DNA from: a virus
Length of the DNA stretch: 64,000 nt
Strand: one strand, 5' to 3'
IMG/VR virus record: IMGVR_UViG_3300036768_000279
Span: 1-64,000 of that record
Shown: in pieces, positions 45,401 through 55,300 of the stretch
How the letters are laid out: each line of letters starts with the position of its first letter
Position numbering within the stretch: position 1 is the first letter of the stretch
Translations under genes and position numbers: made by a program
The notes under the pieces: model-generated
What the model saw: the letters and a program-made list of their open reading frames with translations, nothing else
What the model was told of the DNA's origin: nothing
The model's database searches: none

Positions 45401-47743
45401 GAGCTTGCAAAAGTTGGAGCACAAGCAAGCACAAATGGCGACATTGGCCTTGTCAATCAAATTGCTGGACTCAAGAGCGAAGACGTACAGAGAGCATTGG
45501 CTGGAGGATCAGATCTACCCAAGGTTTTGCAGGATGTCATTGCATCGACGTTTGTTGATGGTGTAAAACGAGCAGAAACCGATCTATCTCAGATTGCTGA
45601 TGAGTTGGCATTTGCTGTGGCTCCTGTCAATAACCGTATTCAAGAGCTACACGACGAGATTGCTGCTCTTGGTGACGTTGCACCAAACACAGAAAAGGCC
45701 ACAAAGAAGGCTCACCTACAACAAGAACTTGCAGCCAAGTCTCTTGAAAAACAGAACATTGAGCAGGATGCTTACGTCAAGAGTCTTGAGGGTCTTCAAA
45801 AACTTACCACAGAAACGAAGAAGGCTCAAGAAGAGGCTGCACGGGCAGAGGCAGATCGTCTCAAGAAGACTCAAGCTCTTACCGACGCCACATACAACTT
45901 CGCCAAGTCTGTGCATGATGTCAACAAGAGCTTCGAAGAGTTTTCAAAGCAGCGTATTGATGATTTGGCAGAGAAGCAAGCCGGTGCCTATGACGAACTC
46001 AAGTCTGTCGAACAGGGAGTTCTGAGTGCGACGCAGGATGTTTCGGCGGCATACAAGGACTACATTTCGACTATCATTCAGGTAAATGGGGCTATCGCTG
46101 AAGCCAAGATCAAGTCTAATCTACTTGGCCGTGATATTGGCATGCTCAATGGTAGTATCGTATCGTTCCAAGACAAGCTTGGCTCTCTAGATAATGCATT
46201 CATTAGCGTTCTAGATGACGCCAACATGAAGTTGGAACAGCGTATCGGTCTCGAAAGACAGCTAGCCGAACAGACATTATCATTCTTGCAACAAGCACAG
46301 GATCAGATTACATCTGCTGGCATCAACGTTTTCGGACAGTCGGCCCAAGAAAACCAAGGACTCCAGAAGGGTATCGCCGGTCTAACATACGTGGCCGAGA
46401 AGCTTGGAGGATCGTTCCAGAACTTCTTGGGCATGGACTCGCAACAGATCCAGGGATTGTCTCAGGAACTCCTCAACTTGCCAGTCGAGTTCCGCAAGCA
46501 AATCCTCGACGCCCTTTCATTCCTTCCAAGCTCTACATCGATTGGTGGATTTAGTGCCGACCAATTGAAGCAGGCTATTGGACAGATTGGTGCGGGTGTG
46601 GCTCCAGAAGAGGGTCTGCCAGCCATTTCTGAACTCACTGCTCAGCAAGTTGAGCAACTCAAGATACTTGGTCAGCTTGGAACTGAGGAAGCCAAGATGC
46701 AACTAACTCAAGTGTTGGCGGCACAGAAGCAGCTTGAGAAGGCTCAAGAGCAACTTGACATTGCCAAGCTTCAAGAAGAGCGTGCTCGTGACGGTTTCGA
46801 GCAAGTGCGTATGGCGGTACTTGACGAAATGGCGGTTCTGGATCAAGCAAATACAGAACGTCGCGATCTCTTGCAGAAGGTGATTGAAGCTGATAACGCT
46901 AATACATTGCACGACATCGAAAACCAAGCCCAGTTGTTTGCCGACCAGAACTCGGTGTTCCGTGAGGTTGGCGATCAAATTGTTCAGGGCGTTGGACAGG
47001 CTATTAGTGCCAAGATGTCTATGATTGAGGCACAGACATCACTCAACAATTTCAATACAGCACAAAGCTTTGGCAACCAAGCTAAGGGATGGATTCCTAA
47101 CTTCGCTGCTGGTAACCTATCGCCTAGTGAAGCCGCCGGTCTTTTGCAAGCTGCTGCTCGTGAAAAGCGAGCTATGCCGAATGGTGCTCAGTTGGCTGTG
47201 GCCAACACAAAGGAAGCCATCATTCCTATGTACAAGAACTTCGCTGGTGGTAACGAAGGCGGCAGTGCTATCGCAGCAAGCATCAACACAATCCGTACAC
47301 TCGACCAAACGATGGTCGCTGCCATTGCCCGTTCTGTGACAAGTACATTGTCACAGCTACAAAGCAATACTGGTAGTGAGCAGGCACTCGACAAGATTGC
47401 TGGTCTATTGACTGATCTTAACACAAGTATTGGTCAAGTACGTGATTCGAGCATTGCTATTAAAACCAATACAGCCGGTCTTGCTGGTACTACAGGATCC
47501 AAGACTCCTGGTGCAGCAGCGACAACCGCACAGGAAATCAATATCAATCTTCAAACAAATCAAAACAGTAGTGTGCAAATCACTGGTCTTGAGAGTTTGC
47601 GAGATCAACTCAAGGCCGCTCTATCCGAGACAACGGACAAGCAGGCGGCTAAGACAATTGAGGTTTTGATGGTTCAACTAGAACCTATTTTCCAAGCATT
47701 GAATGAGCGTGGCATCATTAGCTCGTTTGGACAGTCGAGATAA
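42419..47743 (+). CDS. tape measure protein
   Basis: 1774 aa, Ala/Gln-rich helical; TP901-type core (RKSGNEIGTFFKT, AKAIAGVRQ). Confidence 0.93.
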   Translation: MANRVELEAILRFVGVKVNSGVFNQISRAAAGMPGPVQQFNRNLNQSVNAANNVNRAVHGVNQQLSGSERAARLFLQRMAQFAILLPTFATLNKSIQGGIKFLFEFDAAVKDIIRIDIGSLSGKFDDIAKSAFNLATQFGSSATEAANTIKTYVQAGYSLKEANELAELSLLATKSSTLEAGQAVEFLLSASKQFRLEGEGLKNALDGLVASEDLSAVEARDIADAFKTGGNSLAEFSKDINDSIGLISALREQTRKSGNEIGTFFKTLQTRIFAAGESRTALESLGVSVQNLDGSLRPTLAVLNDLKVSFDRLNEAEQANAAKAIAGVRQFEELIGTLNSLDRANQLAAASSNAAGAARRKEGVDATKLQRRLDDLIVAGQKLAYALGEAGSSDFFKNALKSATFLVDSLTEIVKLLDKFKVPILPILAPLALKGIDKVFGLGLTGAPGKGGGGGGGGGGGPLRQNTSDLAANTAALRQLTNVISVLAQDIKLASGALMNQVGASQVAVAATNVQTQATNVQTQATQQATAATQTFAQKMKAALNTPLGKGAGAGEGLKSAALFAALTIGASAVTAGLNTLADKLGGNSSFAGSLTKATSAAAQMGIQFAAFGPVAAGVAASLGALWDVSIRYVETLQDMDKATHENIKSVEDNAKQELGVGKASKSQQALAAFSTGLEGRTQENVNYDALFKGVFQSLDDGTKKLLGDSNTLKEVYLTNSKIVLQTVQNSITGATEITEKYVKGAGEDLIRSWAMQDSAAVKNVAALQELRDSYDASGKSSKSYKEQQDLLEQAYGRLAHGAAEAAKQVQFLRMTFDDMKKLQDLIASAQDVNNMNRDIFNQSKSPEDLAQGIDELSQIARNAQTDLANAQKAFEDLLSTLQTAGSDTSQFGAFKSMDDAKKFLADLGQLLSKPNNGGAIASFLGDRKLTDAQKEFAKEYIKIEENRVKASLKAKEAEAAFSSEAYKRSLEETKAQKEASVKAAESLGKFRSELAKVGAQASTNGDIGLVNQIAGLKSEDVQRALAGGSDLPKVLQDVIASTFVDGVKRAETDLSQIADELAFAVAPVNNRIQELHDEIAALGDVAPNTEKATKKAHLQQELAAKSLEKQNIEQDAYVKSLEGLQKLTTETKKAQEEAARAEADRLKKTQALTDATYNFAKSVHDVNKSFEEFSKQRIDDLAEKQAGAYDELKSVEQGVLSATQDVSAAYKDYISTIIQVNGAIAEAKIKSNLLGRDIGMLNGSIVSFQDKLGSLDNAFISVLDDANMKLEQRIGLERQLAEQTLSFLQQAQDQITSAGINVFGQSAQENQGLQKGIAGLTYVAEKLGGSFQNFLGMDSQQIQGLSQELLNLPVEFRKQILDALSFLPSSTSIGGFSADQLKQAIGQIGAGVAPEEGLPAISELTAQQVEQLKILGQLGTEEAKMQLTQVLAAQKQLEKAQEQLDIAKLQEERARDGFEQVRMAVLDEMAVLDQANTERRDLLQKVIEADNANTLHDIENQAQLFADQNSVFREVGDQIVQGVGQAISAKMSMIEAQTSLNNFNTAQSFGNQAKGWIPNFAAGNLSPSEAAGLLQAAAREKRAMPNGAQLAVANTKEAIIPMYKNFAGGNEGGSAIAASINTIRTLDQTMVAAIARSVTSTLSQLQSNTGSEQALDKIAGLLTDLNTSIGQVRDSSIAIKTNTAGLAGTTGSKTPGAAATTAQEININLQTNQNSSVQITGLESLRDQLKAALSETTDKQAAKTIEVLMVQLEPIFQALNERGIISSFGQSR

Positions 47744-47745
47744 TC

Positions 47746-49263
47746 ATGGGTGACTTAATATCCGTCGTTACAAATCCACCGCAATCTGCGGTTGAAGTCT
47801 TCTATAATGGCAAGAAGATCGTACCCGCTCCGTTGATTGATTGGACGGTGGAATCGCAATTCCGTAATGACGGCACTCGTGTTGACAACATCAACCGCCT
47901 GACACTAACTGGCACAACTCTTATTGTACCATCTGGTAGTTATGAACAGATGTACATTAAGATGCAGGCGTTACGTGACACGTTTGCGGAAGATTATAAG
48001 GATCTTGTTATTCTTGCCGGTCCTGGCAATAGAACACTCACACAAGGTACGGTTATTTCGTCTGGTTTGCGTCCTCGTGTCAACAGCCTGAACATTGCAC
48101 CAGATACGCAGGTACAACGTTTTGACTGGACGGTTGAACTACAAGACCTTGTTGCCGCCTCTGGCGTCAGCGGCGTCACTTCTAGTCTCAGTAACCAATG
48201 GTCGTTCCGCGAAGACCAAGATACCTGTACGCTACGTGTTACTCACCAAGTAAACGCAGAAGGTCCAGAGAACGAACCTGATAAGTTCTTGCAGGCTATG
48301 GCTGCCGTTAAGCCATTGCTTGGTATTGACAAACTTCCAATCCACATACCATATTTCGCTCAACCGAACTTCTCTGGTTTGTTCGGAATGACCCATCCTT
48401 CGAACCCGGCTGGTGGTCCGGTATTCGAAGTCTCCGTCGAACGCGAAGAGGTTGCTGACGTTGCTAATGGTAGCTACTCTGTTACAGAGCAGTTTACGAT
48501 TGTCAGTGGAGTACCATTCTACTTCACTTCCAAGACCGAATCGTTTGAAGAAGACGCAAACGGTATCGCACAAGTCACTATTGCTGGTTCTGTACAAGGA
48601 CTGGGACGTACACTCACTCCTTTGGACGCGGAAGGCGGCGTTGGCTACTTCCGAGCTGCTTCTGGATTTGCGAACTACGTACGCCCACAATTACCATGGA
48701 TTGCGTCTGGCGTATATCTGAGATTTAAGAGCGGTAGTGGTGGAGCCGGTGGAAGTGGTCTAGCACTTAACAACCCGACAGCGTTCTCTATTTCTCAGAA
48801 CAAATGTCGTGGCTCGATTGACTTCTCGATTACATATACTGACAACCCAAATGCGAACCTACCAAGTGGTATTGCAAGCAAGTCGTCTAGTGTCAATATT
48901 GTAGAGGGTACTAGAGTTCAAGCAAGTCATGCCATTCCGTTCCGTCGTCTTGGAAGCATCATCCAAGATATCAAGACAACTACAGACGGCACGATCAGTA
49001 TCCAGTGTCAGGCCGTAGCCAAGAATACTGGCAACAATACGGCTGATACGAATCTTGCTATTGCATTTGTGCAGAACGAACTAAATAGACTCAAAGACAT
49101 TTATGCCAACTCTGCAAACTTCGTGACCTTGCGTATTACGGGACTCAATCAACAAATTAGCGACGTTGATCGTAGTTGTAGTGTGACGCTCGAATACGGC
49201 TTCACGGTTGATCTGGCTACTGTACAAGCCGTTGGATCTACGATTACGCTAAGGACTTTGTAA
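47746..49263 (+). CDS. distal tail / tail tip protein
   Basis: Directly after tape measure; beta-rich. Confidence 0.65.
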   Translation: MGDLISVVTNPPQSAVEVFYNGKKIVPAPLIDWTVESQFRNDGTRVDNINRLTLTGTTLIVPSGSYEQMYIKMQALRDTFAEDYKDLVILAGPGNRTLTQGTVISSGLRPRVNSLNIAPDTQVQRFDWTVELQDLVAASGVSGVTSSLSNQWSFREDQDTCTLRVTHQVNAEGPENEPDKFLQAMAAVKPLLGIDKLPIHIPYFAQPNFSGLFGMTHPSNPAGGPVFEVSVEREEVADVANGSYSVTEQFTIVSGVPFYFTSKTESFEEDANGIAQVTIAGSVQGLGRTLTPLDAEGGVGYFRAASGFANYVRPQLPWIASGVYLRFKSGSGGAGGSGLALNNPTAFSISQNKCRGSIDFSITYTDNPNANLPSGIASKSSSVNIVEGTRVQASHAIPFRRLGSIIQDIKTTTDGTISIQCQAVAKNTGNNTADTNLAIAFVQNELNRLKDIYANSANFVTLRITGLNQQISDVDRSCSVTLEYGFTVDLATVQAVGSTITLRTL

Positions 49264-49264
49264 C

Positions 49265-49825
49265 ATGGTGAACTTCCCGTCAGTTGAATGGATTCAGCAA
49301 GATCCGACAACGGATCCGTCTGGTTTCCGCCATCTAAAGCAGACCATCTATGGTTTCGTGCGAAATGTAGATACTAGTGCTGGTGGCGTTCTTGACTTTG
49401 GAAGCATGAATACTACTGGCTCTGGTGCAATTAGCGACACCAAACTAGTCTATGCTCGTGTTTCTAGTATGGGTGACGCTAGTGGCGTGTACAACATGCG
49501 ATTCTTTATTACGAACGCCTCTGCGTTTACTGCTGGCACGTATCGCTTCCTGGAAAAGAAGAGTTTGCACTTCATTCCAAACTTGCAACTCGATTCTGGA
49601 GCGGACAACACGCCAACGAACGTACCAACAAACGCAAACTTCTCTGGCACAATTCAGACTCCATACTGGCAATCAGGTCAACCATGGATGAGTGGTATCC
49701 TAGATCAGGATGTGAGTCAGTATGTATACTTGGCCGTTGAGGCTGACGTGAACGTACCGATTGGAACCAAGGGTGGAGCCGGTGCTGGTACATTCCGCTT
49801 CCGCCTTCTATATGATTTCTCGTAG
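49265..49825 (+). CDS. minor tail protein
   Basis: Paralog of 50855-51496. Confidence 0.65.
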   Translation: MVNFPSVEWIQQDPTTDPSGFRHLKQTIYGFVRNVDTSAGGVLDFGSMNTTGSGAISDTKLVYARVSSMGDASGVYNMRFFITNASAFTAGTYRFLEKKSLHFIPNLQLDSGADNTPTNVPTNANFSGTIQTPYWQSGQPWMSGILDQDVSQYVYLAVEADVNVPIGTKGGAGAGTFRFRLLYDFS

Positions 49826-49838
49826 ACGAGTCGATACA

Positions 49839-49848
49839 TTAGTGTACT
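49839..49848 (+). promoter_or_regulatory. putative late promoter, leaderless
   Basis: TTAGTGTA then 9 nt to ATG 49856. Confidence 0.72.
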
Positions 49849-49855
49849 CATAATT

Positions 49856-50704
49856 ATGAGCAAACACACACACAACAGAGCGTTTTTTGACGTTCTTACG
49901 CCTCTTAGTTGCTATTGGGCTGGTTTCATAGCCGCTGATGGATCTATCTATGCACCAAATGGCAATATTCGTATAGGATTATCTGAAAAGGACAAACAAC
50001 AAATTGAGTTGTTCAAGTCTGCTATAAAATCAAGTAGTCCAGTACGTTGTTTTGATACTTCAAATGGTTATAGGTGTGCTCAAATAGATGTCTATGGAGC
50101 GTATGAATGTCAGCAAGTCCTACAGAAAACATTCAATATAACTCAAGCCAAAAGCAAAACTCTTCGGCCTCCATTGCTTGAAAATGAAAAAGACGTTCGT
50201 CACTTTATACGTGGTTATATGGATGGCGATGGATCTATTTCGTTCAATCAATCATCGAAGTCTCCACACTGGACCGTGAGTTTTGTAGGCACACAAGAAA
50301 TGTTGCAATGGATCAAACAACAAATACAACTTTATGTGATTGGCGTGGGCAATCCATCTGTTTGTGCTGACCGCAATATATTCCAAATCCTATTTGGTGG
50401 TTGGCAAGTACGTCCCATTCTTGATTGGCTGTATCAAGATTCTACACCTCAAATACGGTTGGCACGTAAGCATCAAAAATACCTAGAGGTTTTGAATTTC
50501 TATTCAGCAGAAAAACGCAAATACGTCTCCAGATATCGTGGCGTTGACTTTTTCAAGCGAACTGGCAAATGGAAAGCTGAAATCAAGAAAAACAATCAAC
50601 GTTATCATCTTGGCTACTTTGCTACTGAACGTGAAGCTGCCCTGGCTTACAACGACAAAGCTCGCGAGCTTGGTTTGCTCGAAAGATGTTACAGTGTCAG
50701 CTAA
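49856..50704 (+). CDS. LAGLIDADG homing endonuclease with C-terminal AP2 domain
   Basis: WAGFIAADGSI and IRGYMDGDGSI; AP2 SRYRGV...KWKAEI...HLGYFATEREAALAYN. Confidence 0.9.
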   Translation: MSKHTHNRAFFDVLTPLSCYWAGFIAADGSIYAPNGNIRIGLSEKDKQQIELFKSAIKSSSPVRCFDTSNGYRCAQIDVYGAYECQQVLQKTFNITQAKSKTLRPPLLENEKDVRHFIRGYMDGDGSISFNQSSKSPHWTVSFVGTQEMLQWIKQQIQLYVIGVGNPSVCADRNIFQILFGGWQVRPILDWLYQDSTPQIRLARKHQKYLEVLNFYSAEKRKYVSRYRGVDFFKRTGKWKAEIKKNNQRYHLGYFATEREAALAYNDKARELGLLERCYSVS

Positions 50705-50876
50705 CGACGACATCGTACTGAAAAAGCTTGGTGAACCAGAAGAAAAAAAGCTTCCGGTTGGTATCTATGTCATTGAATTTGATGGCCGTGCCGTCTTTGT
50801 GCGACGAATGGGCGGTCGTTTCATGCCTGTGTCAGCACAGGAACAAGAAGAGCTATGTCAACGATTTCGCCTCTAG
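50694..50876 (+). CDS. hypothetical protein
   Basis: GTG start, MSANDDIVLKKLGE... Confidence 0.55.
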   Translation: MSANDDIVLKKLGEPEEKKLPVGIYVIEFDGRAVFVRRMGGRFMPVSAQEQEELCQRFRL

Positions 50877-51496
50877 TTCGCGTCTTCGCGTGGGATGTTG
50901 CTGAAATTGCAAGCCCGGTTGGTGGTCGCACCATGCCGGGTGGACAGTTTGCGTTCAAGTACATGGTCGCTTCGGGATGCATGACGGCAGATCCACTCAA
51001 TCCTGCCACTACATCCGGCACTCTACTTTTCGAAGGTACGAAGTTTGACCTTACATCATTGCCTCTGCCGCCGTACTTAGAGTCTAAACCAGCATGTCTA
51101 ACGTTCAACCTAGCCAATAGTGGTGTGGCCATCTCAGACTTGAAATTGTTCCTGATTGACGACTCTGCCCTGAGAGTTGGCGTTTGGTATGGTGTTGGGT
51201 CTGGGCTCGTGCAAGTCAAGCAAGGCGGAAGCAACTGGCTGTACAATTTGACGATGCCTTCGGGCTCTAATCCAGTTTTGACCACAAGCATTCCAAGCCT
51301 GCCCAATGTACGCCGACAAGATGGAACCTGGGCTCTCGCAGGACAGAGCGATAGCGATTCGTCTGAGTTCATATACCTAAACCTCATCCTGCCACTTGGT
51401 TTTCCGTTAGGCAGTTTTGGCGTCTGTGGATCTGGTCTACTCAGGTTCGGATTAGTATTTAACTACTGGTCCAATGACTACCTGCTATCTTTTTAG
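50855..51496 (+). CDS. minor tail protein
   Basis: C-terminus SEFIYL...PLG..G..GSG.LRF.L.FNY matches 49265-49825. Confidence 0.65.
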   Translation: MSTISPLVRVFAWDVAEIASPVGGRTMPGGQFAFKYMVASGCMTADPLNPATTSGTLLFEGTKFDLTSLPLPPYLESKPACLTFNLANSGVAISDLKLFLIDDSALRVGVWYGVGSGLVQVKQGGSNWLYNLTMPSGSNPVLTTSIPSLPNVRRQDGTWALAGQSDSDSSEFIYLNLILPLGFPLGSFGVCGSGLLRFGLVFNYWSNDYLLSF

Positions 51497-51502
51497 TGTA
51501 TT
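51493..51502 (+). promoter_or_regulatory. putative late promoter
   Basis: TTAGTGTA-TT overlapping the TAG stop. Confidence 0.7.
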
Positions 51503-51558
51503 CTCTCGTGGGTCTAGCACCCGAGTCAAACGTTTGATTTTCCACAAGGAGGCCATTC

Positions 51559-51744
51559 ATGGCAACTTTCAATTTCACAAGTAGCACGAACAACGCCAAC
51601 GTTGTACTGTGGAGCTTCGGAACAAAGCTTGAGAAGCATTCCGATCGCGACGCAGTTTCAACGGCCCGTGGGGGTTTGATCAGTGCGGTCAATAACCTCG
51701 GCACAGGCGTAGCTGCGGGCGAGCCGTTCACCATCCTTGGATGA
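51559..51744 (+). CDS. small protein in its own transcription unit
   Basis: Perfect AAGGAGG SD; own promoter motif and terminator. Confidence 0.8.
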   Translation: MATFNFTSSTNNANVVLWSFGTKLEKHSDRDAVSTARGGLISAVNNLGTGVAAGEPFTILG

Positions 51745-51765
51745 TTGAACCTCGTTGAGTGCTAA

Positions 51766-51794
51766 CAAGGAGCCCGCTTCTGGCGGGCTCCTTG
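51766..51794 (+). terminator. terminator hairpin
   Basis: CAAGGAGCCCGC-TTCTG-GCGGGCTCCTTG. Confidence 0.7.
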
Positions 51795-51796
51795 CG

Positions 51797-51806
51797 TTAG
51801 TGTATT
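51797..51806 (+). promoter_or_regulatory. putative late promoter
   Basis: TTAGTGTA-TT. Confidence 0.72.
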
Positions 51807-51857
51807 ACTATTTCGAGGCGTAGCGTTTCGCTTAGCCTTGGGTGTAAGGGGTAGTAC

Positions 51858-52322
51858 ATGGTCAACGCTTCGTTTGAACACGAGGGCAATCTCGGCTCTC
51901 TCAAGGTGGTTACACACTTTGACACTACGCACGTCATTTCTTGCGAGAAGCGAGACGGCGAGTCGTTCCGTTTGGGCGGAACAGCAGTTAACGAAGTCGC
52001 CGTATTTGAAGGTGTCGTACTCAACCTTCCCCTTTCTACTTTTCGAGCGTTTGCGTCTAATGGACGTATTTTCGAGAGTAAGGGTATTTTGTCTCCAGAA
52101 AATTGGAGCGACGCAGATTTGCACTGCTATGTGCATGAGCATTATCCATTGGACATGGAGGGCAAAGAGCCAACTTGGTTTATTGCTAGTCATCCGCTCC
52201 AAAATGCTCACCACATCTTCATCAATCTTGATGTGTTAGATGGCGGCGGCAATGTTATCAAGAGATATCGAGTATCTCCTTTTACAGGCGAGCACGTAGT
52301 ATTGGAGTACGTACATGGCTAA
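51858..52322 (+). CDS. hypothetical protein
   Basis: AAGGGG SD; 154 aa. Confidence 0.75.
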   Translation: MVNASFEHEGNLGSLKVVTHFDTTHVISCEKRDGESFRLGGTAVNEVAVFEGVVLNLPLSTFRAFASNGRIFESKGILSPENWSDADLHCYVHEHYPLDMEGKEPTWFIASHPLQNAHHIFINLDVLDGGGNVIKRYRVSPFTGEHVVLEYVHG

Positions 52323-55300
52323 CTTCCTCAATGATGGCTCGCTGATTGGATTTTGGCCGCTCAATGAACCTAGCGGCTCTCCAATCTTTTTGAACTATTC
52401 CCCAGCACGCTCCCGTCAACCTAGTGGCATCTCGTTCGATTTTCACGTTGCCCAAGCCGAATCTGAGGCCGCCGCACAAGTCAAATCTGTGTGGCCAGGT
52501 ACTGCTACAGTGTTCAATCCTGAGTCTGGAGTCAACTACAACGGCTTCATGGTTCAGGGTTACTGGAAGCTTGGTACGGACTCTTCGCCATACAGCAGGT
52601 ACCTAGTTCTTGGTAATGGATGTTCACAAGTTCGCGAACAAACACTTTCACAGAACGTTGCACAAAGTGGTATTACTGTTGGTATTTGGGTATATCCAAA
52701 CAGCAACGGATACCTGAATTTCTATACAGACGCAAACACTGCTTCGTATAATGGCGAAACAGAGGGCACACGCTGTCACATGTTGTTTGGTCAAAAACAA
52801 TTTGCTCAGCTTGGTGGTTGGCAAATTGGAATCTCTGGTGCTATGGATCAGGGAGCACAATTCAATTCTGCCGCTAGCAATAGACAGTTGACGGCATATG
52901 CAAGCATTGAACGTAATGCCGGTAGTCCAACTGTGCTTCGTACTCCAATTGAATCTGGTAGATATACCCACCTTACATTCACGTTCCGTTATCTTGATGG
53001 TACTACAGACCAAGTAGTTTTGTACAAAGATGGACGTGTTGCTGCGAGCGGCACAAGCAATACTGGTGCTGGCGGAGCAAGTGCAACGTGTTTGGCAAAC
53101 TCTAACTTGACTGGTAGAGCTGTTACAATTGGTGGTGGCGATAATGCTAATACCGGTACAAACAATTATGGTGGTACGTGTGGATGGAATCACCTTGTGT
53201 CTGGAGCGTACATCTTTAGACGTGTGCTGCACGAGGGCGAAATCCTCGATCTTCATAATGGACAAACGCTCCAACCACTTGAAGGCAATAGAAAACACCC
53301 AATCAAAGTTGAATTGACAGACAGTCAATTACTTGCCTACTATCCATTCCGTTCGGTTGGATGGCCAGATGTATCTAAAAATCACAGACCATTGATTGGT
53401 CAAAAGGACGAAGGACCGAGCACAACTATCATTCCGATTCCTGGTCCTTTCAAGGCCGGGGCGATGCTTAACAATGGTACAAACCAATCAAACCATGTTG
53501 TAGCAACTAGCGGCTTGATTTACGACATGATTAATGCTCGTAGTTGGACTATCGGCATGTTTGCTGGACCAACTAACGGTCTTGGTCGCCCGAGTAACAT
53601 GTTGTTCTCGATGGGATCTGTTTCTGCGACCACAACGGTTGGTGCCCCTGCCGCCATTACAACATCAACATTTGGCATGGCATTAACAGAATTCGGTGCT
53701 CCAAACAGAATTCGTTTCTCTGCCTATCCTCTTGGCGATATCACAGCGTCGGTATTCAATATTGATACCGCGACCAGCGGCTACTATCGTGGCGTTTCGC
53801 ATCATTATGCGGTTGCTTACGATGACTCTACAAAGGGCATTGCTGTTTACGTTGATGGACATTTACAGGGAAGCGGCACGCTTGCACATTCGCTAAGTGA
53901 TCAGCTTTTACGATTGGCTGGTAGTGGGTACCCTTTGATGTTTACGAATGGCGTATCAGACACAATTTCTGATGCGGCTAGCCACGGAACTCTAGCTGCC
54001 GGTGGACAGGACTTGTTTGTTGGTCCTATTATTGTAATGGGCCGTGCGTTACTACCGGAAGAGATCATGTACGTTGCTCAAAGCGGCATCGATACTACGC
54101 CAACTTGGAGAACTCCACACGATCCAAGACTTGTTGGTTATTGGCCGTGTACTGATTTCAAGCTTGATGACGTTATTGCAGAAGATCGTGCCCGAGTATG
54201 GGAGCCATTCCCAGGCAATTTGTCTCGTGGTGACACAACCACTAAGTGGGCGGCATGGTATGTAAGTCCACGCTTCAATCAATTTGGAACTCGTACTACA
54301 CCAGCGGCACTAGACAGCTATGGCGTTCTTGGCATTACGTCTGGCATTTTTGGAGTGCATGGTCTAAGTCCTGGCACTGCTGTCGTGGCCGATGCGTCAC
54401 CAGCCAGGTCATCGATTGCTAACTTGGCTCTGCGTTACAAGCCGGTGAACGAACAGAATAACTTGGCGTGTCAAAATCCGATTGGAGACTTTGTTCTTGG
54501 ATATGAAGTAACTCCAAGCGGTAATATTCCGGCTACACCATTTGGTTTGACAGCAGACAATACCAAGTTTGAATTCAATTCAACATTGCACGTATATGGT
54601 AATCTTGCCGGTTCCACAACCGATGGAGAAGTGCGTTCGTTCTTAACGACAGTAGACGCCGCTCAGGGTTCTGGTGTTTCTATTGTTTTCGCTTCACGCA
54701 CAGGCACATTTTCGGCAGCTAACTACACTGCATTAATATCTGGTGTATTGCCTTATGGTATTCCAAGCAAGGTTTTGCTTCACGCTAAGTTTGATTCGCC
54801 ATACAACGTTAATGCTGATGCCGCTGGCACTACTCCACTTACACTATCGCTTTGGATCAATGGCAACCTTGCTTCTAAACGCCGCATGACGGCAGCTACA
54901 GCAAGACTATGGACGGACAATACAGCCGATAGCAGTGGCGACGACTTCTTGTTGGAGTTCGGCGGCGAAGCGGGCAATGATACACTGACGACTCAAATTT
55001 CTCGTGATGGTGGTCTGGGAGAGATTTACATGCGTGAGATCTTCCTCATGCGTGGAACATTTGACAAAGATGAAATTCAGGCTTTGGCAACAAGCGGTAT
55101 TCAAAACCCAAGTATTGCTGGATACACTCCAACTCTACCCAAGACGCAAGTCACTGTCTTTGATTCAAATCTAGAAGGATATTGGCGATTCAATGGATTT
55201 GCTGGCGGCGGGTCTGGAACTACAGACCTGAGCTTGAAGTCGCATCATTTGACGCCACTCGCAGAACAGAAAAATAGAGCTGGTGCTGCTAATCAAGCTA

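Noticed and set aside
49826-50860. Group I intron or intein around the LAGLIDADG gene
   Set aside because: Flanking genes are complete paralogs; there is no room for an intron core and no intein termini; the ORF has its own promoter motif
51757-51765. GAGTGCTAA, the right half of a CIRCE element
   Set aside because: The left half TTAGCACTC is absent at the required 9-nt spacing, and the site is far from groES
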